From: an uncultured archaeon
Lineage (GTDB): Archaea > Asgardarchaeota > Thorarchaeia > Thorarchaeales > Thorarchaeaceae
Direction of reading: 5' to 3'
DNA: 64,000 nucleotides
Assembly: GCA_964458565.1 (NCBI GenBank)
Contig: CAYWJO010000002.1
Coordinates: 64,001-128,000, forward strand
This document shows positions 39,772 through 48,919 of this stretch, piece by piece; within the stretch, counting starts at the first letter, position 1; each line of letters begins with the position of its first letter. The position numbers were made by a program, and so were the translations under genes. Below the pieces are notes generated by a model. That model searched no databases. It was not told the origin of the DNA and worked only from the letters and a program-made list of their open reading frames with translations.

Positions 39772-40587
39772 ATGATTAAGGGATTACATATTGGAACAAG
39801 TGGATGGTCCTATCCAGAAGATTGGAAGGATGTATTTTATCATAAATCAGCTACGCCTCTTCAACAATACCTTACGTATTTTGACACTGCTGAGATTAAC
39901 TCATCATTCTATGCACTGCCCTCCCCAAAATTCATCAAACATCTTATGTCTCCTGTTGCCGAGGGAAAATTCTTCACAGCAAAATTACCAAAAGCTGTAA
40001 CGCATGATAATCGTTTGAAACTAGAGGGAGCGGGTGGAGTTGTTCTGGATGAATACTTCGAATTATTTCGCCCTCTACGAGCTAGATTAGCTGCTCTTCT
40101 AATCCAGCTTCCTCCTTGGAACATTGAAAAGATGGGGGATGTAGAGACTTTTTTAGCTGCACTTGATCCCTCATTCAGATATGCTATAGAGTTTAGAGAT
40201 GAGAGTTGGCTGGTTCCACGAATTTGGTCATTGCTGGAAAAATACAAGATTGCGCACGTCATTGTTGATGAACCCAAGCTTCCAATCAATCTTCAAGTGA
40301 CAACAGATTTTTCGTATATCCGTTGGCATGGCCATGGTACAAATCCTTGGTTCTACTATCGTTATTCAATTGAAGAATTAGAGGCGTGGCTACCTCGATT
40401 AGATTCTTTGAAGGGGGAAACAGATACTATACTCGGTTACTTCAATAATCATTTTGAGGCATACTCTCCTCTAAACGCTTTTCAAATGCTTCAACTACTT
40501 GATATGGCAAATCAGAAACAGATTACAAAACTAGAGAGGATGTTAAGCAAGCTCTCCGTTGACCAAACGCATCTTAGTGATTTTTAA
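39772..40587 (+). CDS. DUF72 (YecE-like) protein
   Basis: IGTSGWSY..W, EINSSFY, KLP...TH, QLPP, EFR..SW, YIRWHG, YFNNH. Confidence 0.9.
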   Translation: MIKGLHIGTSGWSYPEDWKDVFYHKSATPLQQYLTYFDTAEINSSFYALPSPKFIKHLMSPVAEGKFFTAKLPKAVTHDNRLKLEGAGGVVLDEYFELFRPLRARLAALLIQLPPWNIEKMGDVETFLAALDPSFRYAIEFRDESWLVPRIWSLLEKYKIAHVIVDEPKLPINLQVTTDFSYIRWHGHGTNPWFYYRYSIEELEAWLPRLDSLKGETDTILGYFNNHFEAYSPLNAFQMLQLLDMANQKQITKLERMLSKLSVDQTHLSDF

Positions 40588-40697
40588 TTAGTAGAGAATG
40601 TGACTGCAAATTTTCATATCATGAAATCAAAATTATTGCCATCTCGAAAGCTTGATAAGCATAGTCTAGGCTCCATGGCGAGAAAGGTGAATATTGA

Positions 40698-41144
40698 ATG
40701 AGCTTTGACATTATTCCTGAGCCTGCAGTCAGATCCCCGACTGACGCAAAAGCACGAAGAGGTCGTGGATTCAGTAAGAGTGAGATTACCAAAGCTGGTT
40801 TAGGTGTTAAGGAAGCACGTGATATGGGTCTCATTATTGATTTGCGACGCAAGACTCTATATGATGAGAATGTTGAAGCACTGAACCAGTATATTATTGA
40901 CCTTGAATCATATGTATCCGCACTTGAAGCAGAAGCACCATCAGCAGGAGCAGACTATGAAGCTATATCTCTTCTATCCTCACTTAAAGAAGTGAAGAAG
41001 TCTGATGCTGAGAAGCTTGTGAAATCTGGTATTCGGACTTTTGAAGACTTGGCTTATTGTGAGATTGATAAGGTAACAAAGAAGAGTGGGATCGATGAAG
41101 ATACTCTCACAGCCATGATTAAATCTGCTTTGAAGAAGGTCTAG
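40698..41144 (+). CDS. rpl13e: Ribosomal protein eL13 fused to a C-terminal helix-hairpin-helix domain
   Basis: RRGRGFS..E...AGL....AR..G...D.RRKT...ENV..L; C-terminal AEKLVKSGIRTFEDLA...SGIDE. Confidence 0.85.
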   Translation: MSFDIIPEPAVRSPTDAKARRGRGFSKSEITKAGLGVKEARDMGLIIDLRRKTLYDENVEALNQYIIDLESYVSALEAEAPSAGADYEAISLLSSLKEVKKSDAEKLVKSGIRTFEDLAYCEIDKVTKKSGIDEDTLTAMIKSALKKV

Positions 41145-41156
41145 TGTGACATTTGT

Positions 41157-42281
41157 ATGGAGGGTGGTCGCGTGTCTTACGACCATCTAATCAATTTCTT
41201 GAAGTCCAATCCAGAAACGAAATCTGTCGTAATCCTACCGGACTTCTTTGTTGACCATTTTGTAATTACAGACACTCTTAGTTCTTTTACAACTAATCTG
41301 AAACGGCTCGCCGAGCAGGGTGGCGGAAACTTGCTTGGCACCAAGCATATCATTCGTCGTGGTGGAAACACTATCAATACCGCATCAGCACTATTGAAAC
41401 TTGGAATGAATCCAACCCCAATCATTACAACTGATAAAACGGGTGCGGAGTTACTCAAATCCTTAGTAGATCCAAGTCTCGATTTGACACACATTCACAC
41501 GGATGGAAAACTTGCTGCTACAGTCTCAATAGAACTCGAATATAATAGTAGACCTGTCAATCTTATGGTGAGTGATAGCGGGTCATTAATTGATTTTTCA
41601 TATTCGCGTCTGACTGATGAAGATATTCGTGTACTTAGTGACGCTGATCTTGTTGCATTACTATGTCTAAATCACAACAAAAATGGAGTCTCGCTAGCTC
41701 GAGAATTATTCTCAATGTTAAAATCAAACGGGAAATCCTTGACACTCATGGATACTGGAGACCCTTCAGGCAATCCTGAACTTATACCCTCATTGACAAA
41801 AGATGTGCTCTCAGAAGGGTTAGTTGATATTCTTGGTGTTAATGAAACTGAAATTGGTTGGTTTGCTGCTGCTACTTCAAATGATTACACTCGTTGGAAA
41901 CTCGGAAAACTAGAGCCTCATGATTGGCTGCGAGCTGCGGAGTTGGTTTCGCGCGAATTCAACCTACGTGTAGATTTACATACCCCCCTCTTCTCGGCTA
42001 GTGTATCTGAGGTAACAACCGCAGTTCCCGCCTTCATTAGTGAATCCCACATATCCTGTGGAGCTGGTGATGCTTGGAACGCTGGTAATATCTATTGCAC
42101 TCTTCATGAACTACCTGATAACGACCGATTGGTGTTTGCAAATGCGTTAGCCACACTCTATGTATCATCTGCACAAGCCGAACATCCGTCAAGGTCGGAG
42201 ATTATATCATTTCTACAAGCGTTGCCACCAGTTTCAGTCTCTGCGAGCAAGCTACTTAAATCGGAATTACATAAAGAATAA
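41157..42281 (+). CDS. PfkB-family carbohydrate kinase
   Basis: GGNTINTA.AL.KLG, NETE, GAGDAWNAG. Confidence 0.8.
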   Translation: MEGGRVSYDHLINFLKSNPETKSVVILPDFFVDHFVITDTLSSFTTNLKRLAEQGGGNLLGTKHIIRRGGNTINTASALLKLGMNPTPIITTDKTGAELLKSLVDPSLDLTHIHTDGKLAATVSIELEYNSRPVNLMVSDSGSLIDFSYSRLTDEDIRVLSDADLVALLCLNHNKNGVSLARELFSMLKSNGKSLTLMDTGDPSGNPELIPSLTKDVLSEGLVDILGVNETEIGWFAAATSNDYTRWKLGKLEPHDWLRAAELVSREFNLRVDLHTPLFSASVSEVTTAVPAFISESHISCGAGDAWNAGNIYCTLHELPDNDRLVFANALATLYVSSAQAEHPSRSEIISFLQALPPVSVSASKLLKSELHKE

Positions 42282-42311
42282 CGTATTTGCCGGTCTTAGA
42301 AGGATGAAGCA

Positions 42312-43214
42312 GTGGAACTGGAGCGAGTATTAACCAAACTGAAATTCGATGAGGATGTTAGTGGTTTTGCTCTCGTAACAAATGATGGTGCACCATTTCT
42401 ATCATTTGGTCTCCCTGAAGCTGTATTACCCCAGATAAAAGGAACATTGGCAATTCATGCCGATTCTCTTAAACTCATGAACGTCATGACTGGAGCTGGC
42501 ACAGTTGTACTTGCAAGAATAGATTTGAATTGGGTACTTGCTGTTCTATTTGTACCAGAATTGAATCTTGGATCTGCATTACAGAGAACAAAAGATGTCA
42601 TTGACCTCATGGATCAAGTCGATTTGCCTCCTCCTCCTGATATTTCAACACAAATCTCGGATACGTTAGAAGAAGTCCCTGAGATTAAAGACTCTATTAT
42701 AAGTCAGGTAGAAACGCATGAGGAATATCCTGTTCGTGATGATGTCGTCGTCCGCCACGGATGCATCATTCATAAAGGTAAGAGGTATGATGAGGCACTT
42801 AGAATCGAGTCGCAGTTGTATATGGAACTGAAAAGCCATTATTCCAATACTGGGCTCGATATTTTAATGATGATCAATGATAAGAGAAGTTCATCTAAGA
42901 TTGCTGAAGAGGTTGGTAAGAATCTGGACCAAGTTATTGCAGTGCTTCAATGGTGCTACAACTACCACCTCATTGATGCAGAATGTCCTGAGGGCCAAGA
43001 TCCAGGTACAAGGGAGATTGTAGAAGTTCCGCTATATGAGGGTGAACTCGCTAAGGCAAAGAAGGAAGATCGTGATGTCTTGGCTTTGTGTGATGGCACA
43101 AGGACAGTTCACGAGATTGCAGATATTTTGGGTATTCTTTACTTCAAAGCGTTGCAAAGCATAGTTCCATATCGTGGCAAGACTCTCAAAATGATCCGGC
43201 ATACAAAGAATTAA
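42312..43214 (+). CDS. Roadblock/longin-like N-terminal domain plus tandem winged-helix domains (copy 1)
   Basis: LERVL.KL...EDVSGFALVTNDG.P..S...NWVLAVL....LNLG; C-terminal ILMMINDKRSSSKIAEE and VLALCDGTRTVHEIAD. Confidence 0.65.
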   Translation: MELERVLTKLKFDEDVSGFALVTNDGAPFLSFGLPEAVLPQIKGTLAIHADSLKLMNVMTGAGTVVLARIDLNWVLAVLFVPELNLGSALQRTKDVIDLMDQVDLPPPPDISTQISDTLEEVPEIKDSIISQVETHEEYPVRDDVVVRHGCIIHKGKRYDEALRIESQLYMELKSHYSNTGLDILMMINDKRSSSKIAEEVGKNLDQVIAVLQWCYNYHLIDAECPEGQDPGTREIVEVPLYEGELAKAKKEDRDVLALCDGTRTVHEIADILGILYFKALQSIVPYRGKTLKMIRHTKN

Positions 43215-43231
43215 TCCGAGGAACGAAAAAT

Positions 43232-43735
43232 ATGGGAATCAAAGGAAAACTAGCATGGGCTCTTAAAATAGATAAAGTCTCTAAACCTCTGTTTCAGGCT
43301 ATCTATAGAGAGATGATGAATCAACTAATGGCTTCAAGCGATAGTGTTCAGGAGATAAACCAGAAAATCAAGGATATTGGTTTTAAGGTGGGAGAACACC
43401 TGTTACTAGACTATGCTGAAAAAATCAAAGAACATGCGGCCGAATTTCATGAATTCGGTTCAACACTTCAGCTAGCATACAAGGTAAATTCAGGTCAGGA
43501 TTTCAGTGATGTATGGGTGAGTGACGACAGAACAACTCTCAAGTTCACAGACGCTGATTGTCCAATTTGCGAAGGTGTAGTCATAACGGATATGCCCGGA
43601 CTTCAATATTGTAATCTAATTAGTGGGGTTTTTCAGGCTGTTCTTGACCTTCGCGGATTCACTGGACAAACATACCAGGAATCCTGTAAAGCGCTTGGTG
43701 ATAAGGAGTGCGTATGGACTATCAAGAGAATCTGA
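43232..43735 (+). CDS. Bet3/TRAPP-like V4R-domain protein (copy 1)
   Basis: LFQAIY..M..QL....QEINQKIKDIGFKVGEHLL.DY (Bet3-like); CPIC, YCNLISG, ESCKALGDKEC. Confidence 0.75.
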   Translation: MGIKGKLAWALKIDKVSKPLFQAIYREMMNQLMASSDSVQEINQKIKDIGFKVGEHLLLDYAEKIKEHAAEFHEFGSTLQLAYKVNSGQDFSDVWVSDDRTTLKFTDADCPICEGVVITDMPGLQYCNLISGVFQAVLDLRGFTGQTYQESCKALGDKECVWTIKRI

Positions 43736-43748
43736 AACTAAATCCGAG

Positions 43749-43790
43749 TAGAGGGATAATGCATAAAGATAATTAGCATTCATTCCTCTA
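43749..43790 (+). terminator. Imperfect hairpin after the first Bet3-like gene
   Basis: TAGAGGGA/TTCCTCTA and AATGC/GCATT stems. Confidence 0.3.
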
Positions 43791-43855
43791 TTAGAGTGTT
43801 TGAGCACGCCTATGAGTTGCTCTAATACTAGTGATATCCAAGGAGCGCCAAGAAA

Positions 43856-44356
43856 TTGGGACAAGCAATCGGTGCATTATTCGGGTTACTGACTACATTT
43901 CTACTGACATTTGTAATCCTTATGTTTGGAGCTTTCATTCCTGCTGACGTCGTTAGTACTACAATAGTATCGAATTTTCTAGGTTATAACGACCTCGAGA
44001 TTAAGTTAGCAATTGTTGGAAGCCTTTTGTATCCTCCCTATCTGGGTGATATTCTTCCATATGCGGTATCCCAAAGCACTGTGCTGATGGCTGTCGCGTG
44101 GGGTACTGGAGGCCTTGTTGCGGGACTTCTCTCACGTGATATTGTTCAAGGGATTTTCGCAGCACTCTTTGCGGTCATAATTGGAGCTTTGCTAACATGG
44201 CTGATAGTTTTCATTGTAGGTACAGAAGACCTCACTGCAATCTTTAGTTCACTCTCGCTACGTCTCATGCAAGACACATTGATGGGTGCTCTATATCCAG
44301 GAATTGCCGCTGTTATTGGAGGTATATTGGGTGGAGGTATCACTAGAGAGAGGTGA
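43856..44356 (+). CDS. Hypothetical 4-TM membrane protein
   Basis: Hydrophobic; W..GGL.AGLLS and GGILGG motifs. Confidence 0.65.
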   Translation: MGQAIGALFGLLTTFLLTFVILMFGAFIPADVVSTTIVSNFLGYNDLEIKLAIVGSLLYPPYLGDILPYAVSQSTVLMAVAWGTGGLVAGLLSRDIVQGIFAALFAVIIGALLTWLIVFIVGTEDLTAIFSSLSLRLMQDTLMGALYPGIAAVIGGILGGGITRER

Positions 44357-44921
44357 CATTCTCCTCTCTTAGTTTCTCTCCGCATTCGGAGCAGATTAAT
44401 GGATTTGATTTGAAAATCGCTCCACATGGGCATTTTGTTTCGATTTTAATAGGTTGAGGTTGTTCTTTTTCCGATTGTATCTTCGACAGCAATATCCAAA
44501 CAGGAATAGCTGCAGGAAGAGTTAGCGGTATCATAATTAGAGCACAAACAACGTGTAATAAAATTCCTACATTTCGTAGTGCCTGATCGGTGGTCCATAG
44601 GGCTGGATCAAGAATGAAAATGGATGCAAGTGACACAATTGAAACAATTAATGCAAACCATAATGCAGTACGTAATGTATTCCACTTTGATGATGCAGAG
44701 AGTCCCCCAAAAATACCTACTATAATCCAAATGAGAACGAATTGAATAATATACTCCGAGTCTGTTATTAGAATTGCTGGATGTAACAATTCACTTCCAA
44801 ATAATATTAGACTAAACCATTGAAAATTGGATGGATACAAGGGATTTGTGATCACAATAAGATTCACAGCAAGAATGCATCCAGCAACGAATCCAATAAT
44901 CCCACCTAGTATATTTTTCAT
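44343..44921 (-). CDS. Hypothetical 4-TM membrane protein with C-terminal zinc ribbon
   Basis: W...GIFGGLS; CPCG..F.SNP..CSECG. Confidence 0.65.
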   Translation of the reverse strand: MKNILGGIIGFVAGCILAVNLIVITNPLYPSNFQWFSLILFGSELLHPAILITDSEYIIQFVLIWIIVGIFGGLSASSKWNTLRTALWFALIVSIVSLASIFILDPALWTTDQALRNVGILLHVVCALIMIPLTLPAAIPVWILLSKIQSEKEQPQPIKIETKCPCGAIFKSNPLICSECGEKLREENVTSL

Positions 44922-45119
44922 GTTTTTTCCTCATCCAAATTTCTTGTCATTGGGATATCATTATCCTCTTAATCGTATTCATAGCTGTTCATATATTACA
45001 TCGATTCAAGTAGCTGATGAATATAAGTGCAACACCACAATGCTTTTCAGACTACTTTCGCTTCCTAACATGGCCGTACAAGTTTACATTGACAGATAGA
45101 GGCAACGAGGTATATAACA

Positions 45120-46097
45120 GTGTCAACAGATCTTGAAAGAGCATTATCAAAACTCAGATTCGATGATCAAGTAATTGGCTATTCACTCATGACAAAAGCA
45201 GGTAGACCTTTTGTTAGTTTTGCTTTTCCTGATGATTTATTTCCGCGTGTAAGAGACAGCATAGGCCTCTATAAGACCGATTTACGACTTATGACAATCG
45301 ATACTGAGAAAGGATTGGTTGTATTATCGCCCGTAGATGAGAATTGGATTCTCACAGTTCTCTACGTACCCGAGCTTCAATTGGGGTTAGCTATCGCAAA
45401 AACGAAAAATGTTCTTCGTTTGCTTGAGGGAATAGAACTACCTCCACCACCTGAAGAGTTTGAAGAATCCGCAGAAACGAATCTTCAAGTTCTTGAGAGT
45501 ATCGCCATCAAAGCAGCCTCAACTGAATCCGAACCAGTTGCGGACACGACTGAAATCCCAGTTATTGCCATCGAGCCTGTACCAGAAAAAAAGCAGCTAA
45601 CTGCTGCTGACTTCAATGTTCTTCCATCAACCATCCCAAAGAGAGGTACTGAGTATTCTACTACTCTATCTCTGGAATCTGATTTGTACCAAAAAATGAA
45701 AACAGAATATCGTAACTTCGGGTTTGATGTGTTGATGCTGGTCAATGGGGAATTAAATGTTGAACAAATTGCTGATTCAATGTTTCAATCCACTGATCGA
45801 GTCACTGATCTTTTAAAATGGGCTGCAATTCAAGGCATTGTTGAGGTGCCAATCACTGAAGTTCAAGCAGACGTTGCTGTAGCATCAACATCGGTAGGAC
45901 GATTCGTGAAGTGTCCCCGTTTCGAGGGTGATATAACAAAAATCGACGATGATCATGCAACTATCATCAAGCTTTGTGATGGGACGAGGACCACTACAGA
46001 AATTTCCAAGGCAGCAGGTGTACCGGAGTCTAAGGTTATACAACTCTTAGCTCGGTATAGAAAAGATGGTATGAAGATGATTGGTAAGTCGGTATAA
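45120..46097 (+). CDS. Roadblock/longin-like plus tandem winged-helix protein (copy 2)
   Basis: Paralog of 42312: LERALSKLRFDD, ENWILTVLYVPELQLG, LPPPP, DVLMLVNG...VEQIA, LCDGTRTTTEI. Confidence 0.7.
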   Translation: MSTDLERALSKLRFDDQVIGYSLMTKAGRPFVSFAFPDDLFPRVRDSIGLYKTDLRLMTIDTEKGLVVLSPVDENWILTVLYVPELQLGLAIAKTKNVLRLLEGIELPPPPEEFEESAETNLQVLESIAIKAASTESEPVADTTEIPVIAIEPVPEKKQLTAADFNVLPSTIPKRGTEYSTTLSLESDLYQKMKTEYRNFGFDVLMLVNGELNVEQIADSMFQSTDRVTDLLKWAAIQGIVEVPITEVQADVAVASTSVGRFVKCPRFEGDITKIDDDHATIIKLCDGTRTTTEISKAAGVPESKVIQLLARYRKDGMKMIGKSV

Positions 46098-46125
46098 TTG
46101 ATTAAAATTCTGGAGAACTGATATA

Positions 46126-46599
46126 ATGGTAAAAATCGATAACCCATTATTTCTTAGTCTATATGCTCAGACTGTTGAGAAGATTCTTGATGAAACTGGA
46201 AATATAGATGAAGCAAATCAAAGATTGAGGGACTTGGGTCGATCACTTGGTCAACATCTCTTTCTTACCACCGAAATTGCTACCAAGACCAAGGATACAA
46301 TCCAGACGCGTGAGGATGTAGCCAAACTGATAGAAATAACATTCAGAACACTATTTGATAGGAAGCCCTCAGAACTAGACATGGAATCGGCGCGTGGTTC
46401 TGTTAGAGTTGCTGACAAAGACTGTGTATTTTGTCAAGAGGTAAACCTTGAAGGGATGAGAGGTTTCGGATATTGTGAAGCCTTTAGTGGAATTCTCGAA
46501 GCTCTTCTTGAGTACAAGGGAGTTGACTCCAAAGTGTTTCAAGAACTGAGTAAAGCCACAGGCGCAGAATCATGTGTATGGAATGTAAGGCTCTCCTAA
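46126..46599 (+). CDS. Bet3/TRAPP-like V4R-domain protein (copy 2)
   Basis: KIDNPLFLSLY...V..I......EANQRLRDLGRSLG.HL; CVFC, YCEAFSGIL, GAESCVW. Confidence 0.75.
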   Translation: MVKIDNPLFLSLYAQTVEKILDETGNIDEANQRLRDLGRSLGQHLFLTTEIATKTKDTIQTREDVAKLIEITFRTLFDRKPSELDMESARGSVRVADKDCVFCQEVNLEGMRGFGYCEAFSGILEALLEYKGVDSKVFQELSKATGAESCVWNVRLS

Positions 46600-46694
46600 T
46601 GTAATATTATCCTTCAAATGTAACAAATTCCTACCTACACACACAAAGCACTTAACTTCGGTTTTATCGAAGTGAGATTAATGGAGAGTCCACG

Positions 46695-47240
46695 ATGTCA
46701 AAACAGGAACCAATAGAATGGTGGGCCGGTAGACTGAAAGAACGTGATTTAATGCGTGCGTTCTTCAGTAAAACCTGGAATAAAATAGGAAGCCGCATCG
46801 CAGTAATGTTTCCCGATCGTGTTATGGACCTCTATTATAGCGCGGGACGATTGGCTGGATTAGAAACACAACGTGAATACTTCAGAGTGGGAAAGCAGAA
46901 ACCCCCTGGGGACTTCAAAGGAATTGTAGAATTCATTAAGCTGACATTGGAAGTATTGATTATTCCTTTCGGTGATGTGAAAATATCCAAGCTCTACAAA
47001 TTGTGGTTAGATGAGGAAGCCATTATCGAAATAAATGATAATCCATATGCTTCAGGATATGAGAGTGAGGAACCATCCTGTTATTTTCTTAAAGGGTTCA
47101 TTGAGGCTGTCTTGGAGTACCTCACTGATTTCAACCGGATTGAGTATGAGAAGCTCATCGTCATTGAAGAAACTTGTATGTCTTCAGGAAACCAATCTTG
47201 CACATTCAAGATAACTCTCACATACCCTGCCCGTGGTTGA
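46695..47240 (+). CDS. V4R (4-vinyl reductase) domain protein
   Basis: YSAGR.AG, NPYA, PSCYFLKGFIEAVL, EETC.SSG...CTF. Confidence 0.75.
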   Translation: MSKQEPIEWWAGRLKERDLMRAFFSKTWNKIGSRIAVMFPDRVMDLYYSAGRLAGLETQREYFRVGKQKPPGDFKGIVEFIKLTLEVLIIPFGDVKISKLYKLWLDEEAIIEINDNPYASGYESEEPSCYFLKGFIEAVLEYLTDFNRIEYEKLIVIEETCMSSGNQSCTFKITLTYPARG

Positions 47241-47310
47241 TTTTAGTACGATGTTTCTACAAACATAGGCCTTAATTAGCAAATGAGCTAGATTCTAGGT
47301 GGTGTAAACA

Positions 47311-48072
47311 GTGGTCTCAAGTAGACTAAAGACCATAACTATGACATTTGCAGTAGCATTGATGATGACAGGGCTTGTAAGTGTGATTCTTTTGGGGACA
47401 CAGCCTGGCAATGCGGAGATGATATTACAGGATATCAGCATTCCTGTAACTAAAGATGCAGGATTTCAGAATTATTCATTATCCATGAGCTCAGTTAGTG
47501 GTGGGACTCTTGTTCTATTTACACCAAATAATCTCGGTACAATGACTACATATGGACTATTTGTCATAGCAATAGGAACTATATCCTTGGACAGGAGGGA
47601 CCAAGAGAGATCAAAGTCTCTGAGAGAACAGATACATGATTGGATCTCTGAAAATCCTGGTGTACATCTGAGAGAAATCCAACGATGCATCGGATGTGCA
47701 ATGGGTGCACTTCAATATCATATACACCAACTTGTAGATGATGGATATATAATCTCGATAAAGAATGGAAACACTAAACATTTCTTCAAATCAGGATTCT
47801 CAGAAGACGGACAAGTGTTACTACTCACTGCGATAATGCGGAATCCCACAGTTCAATCAATTATATCAAAATGTTCATCGAATGATAGAATAACTCAGGC
47901 CGAACTGAGTAGAAGTCTTTCTCTCGATAAGAGTCTGGTCTCATACTATATCAGTCATCTTTTGAAAGCTGATATCCTTGAAACCATTCGAGTATTTGGG
48001 AGAGAGAAACCGTTGGTTCTAAACGAATGGGCATCAACAACAATCATAGGGTTGGGTCTTCTAGCTCAATAG
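47311..48072 (+). CDS. Membrane-anchored double winged-helix transcriptional regulator
   Basis: Two N-terminal hydrophobic segments; R.QI..WI.ENPGVHLREI....GALQYH and ITQAELSRSL..DKSLVSYY. Confidence 0.75.
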   Translation: MVSSRLKTITMTFAVALMMTGLVSVILLGTQPGNAEMILQDISIPVTKDAGFQNYSLSMSSVSGGTLVLFTPNNLGTMTTYGLFVIAIGTISLDRRDQERSKSLREQIHDWISENPGVHLREIQRCIGCAMGALQYHIHQLVDDGYIISIKNGNTKHFFKSGFSEDGQVLLLTAIMRNPTVQSIISKCSSNDRITQAELSRSLSLDKSLVSYYISHLLKADILETIRVFGREKPLVLNEWASTTIIGLGLLAQ

Positions 48073-48127
48073 TACAAGCTTTGCCCAACCTCTATCCTTA
48101 TTTTCAAACGAATTTGTTTTCAGTGTA

Positions 48128-48919
48128 TTGATAAATACCAGAATGGTATCTGGGAGGTCAACATCAATGGCAGAAGAATCATTCCTTGGCTCACGTGAAG
48201 ACCATGAAGACATCGAGGATATTGAAGGTCTTGACGATGTGGATTATGCAGTACGATTAGAAAACGTTTCAAGAATATACAAAATTGGGAAACGGGAGAT
48301 ACATGCATTAAATGATATCACTCTTGATATCAGACCTGGTGAGTTCATTGTCGTTTCAGGCCATTCTGGATCTGGAAAATCTACTCTATTGAATCTCATA
48401 GGTTGTATAGATTATGCAACATCAGGTAGAGTTCGTGTTATGGATGTACCAATAGAAGACTATGATGAATCCTTTAGAGCTACATTTCGGTTGACAAACA
48501 CAGGCTTCATCTTCCAGAGTTACAATCTAATTTCTACTCTTACTGCACTTGAGAATGTAATGTTTCCAATGCAGCTCTCAGATAAGACTGAATCCGAGTT
48601 GGAAGCAGACGCCTTTGAGTTGCTTACCAAAGTGGGATTAGAAGAACGTGCAGATCATCTACCTTGGCAGCTCAGCTCAGGTGAGCAACAGCGGGTGGCA
48701 ATTGCGCGTGCAATGGCAAACCATCCGTCTATTATTCTAGCCGATGAACCCACTGCTAATCTTGATGAAGAGAGTGCAGAAATGGTTCGTACACTCCTAC
48801 TTGAATTTAAAGAAGCAGGGAAGACCTTGATTATAATGACTCATGATTTAGAAATCATAAACCTTCCTAACACACGACATATGAAAATGTCAAAGGGAGT
48901 TCTGATTGGAAATGACTGA
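48128..48919 (+). CDS. LolD/MacB-type ABC ATPase (likely start 48167)
   Basis: [44 protein letters not shown]. Confidence 0.92.
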   Translation: MINTRMVSGRSTSMAEESFLGSREDHEDIEDIEGLDDVDYAVRLENVSRIYKIGKREIHALNDITLDIRPGEFIVVSGHSGSGKSTLLNLIGCIDYATSGRVRVMDVPIEDYDESFRATFRLTNTGFIFQSYNLISTLTALENVMFPMQLSDKTESELEADAFELLTKVGLEERADHLPWQLSSGEQQRVAIARAMANHPSIILADEPTANLDEESAEMVRTLLLEFKEAGKTLIIMTHDLEIINLPNTRHMKMSKGVLIGND

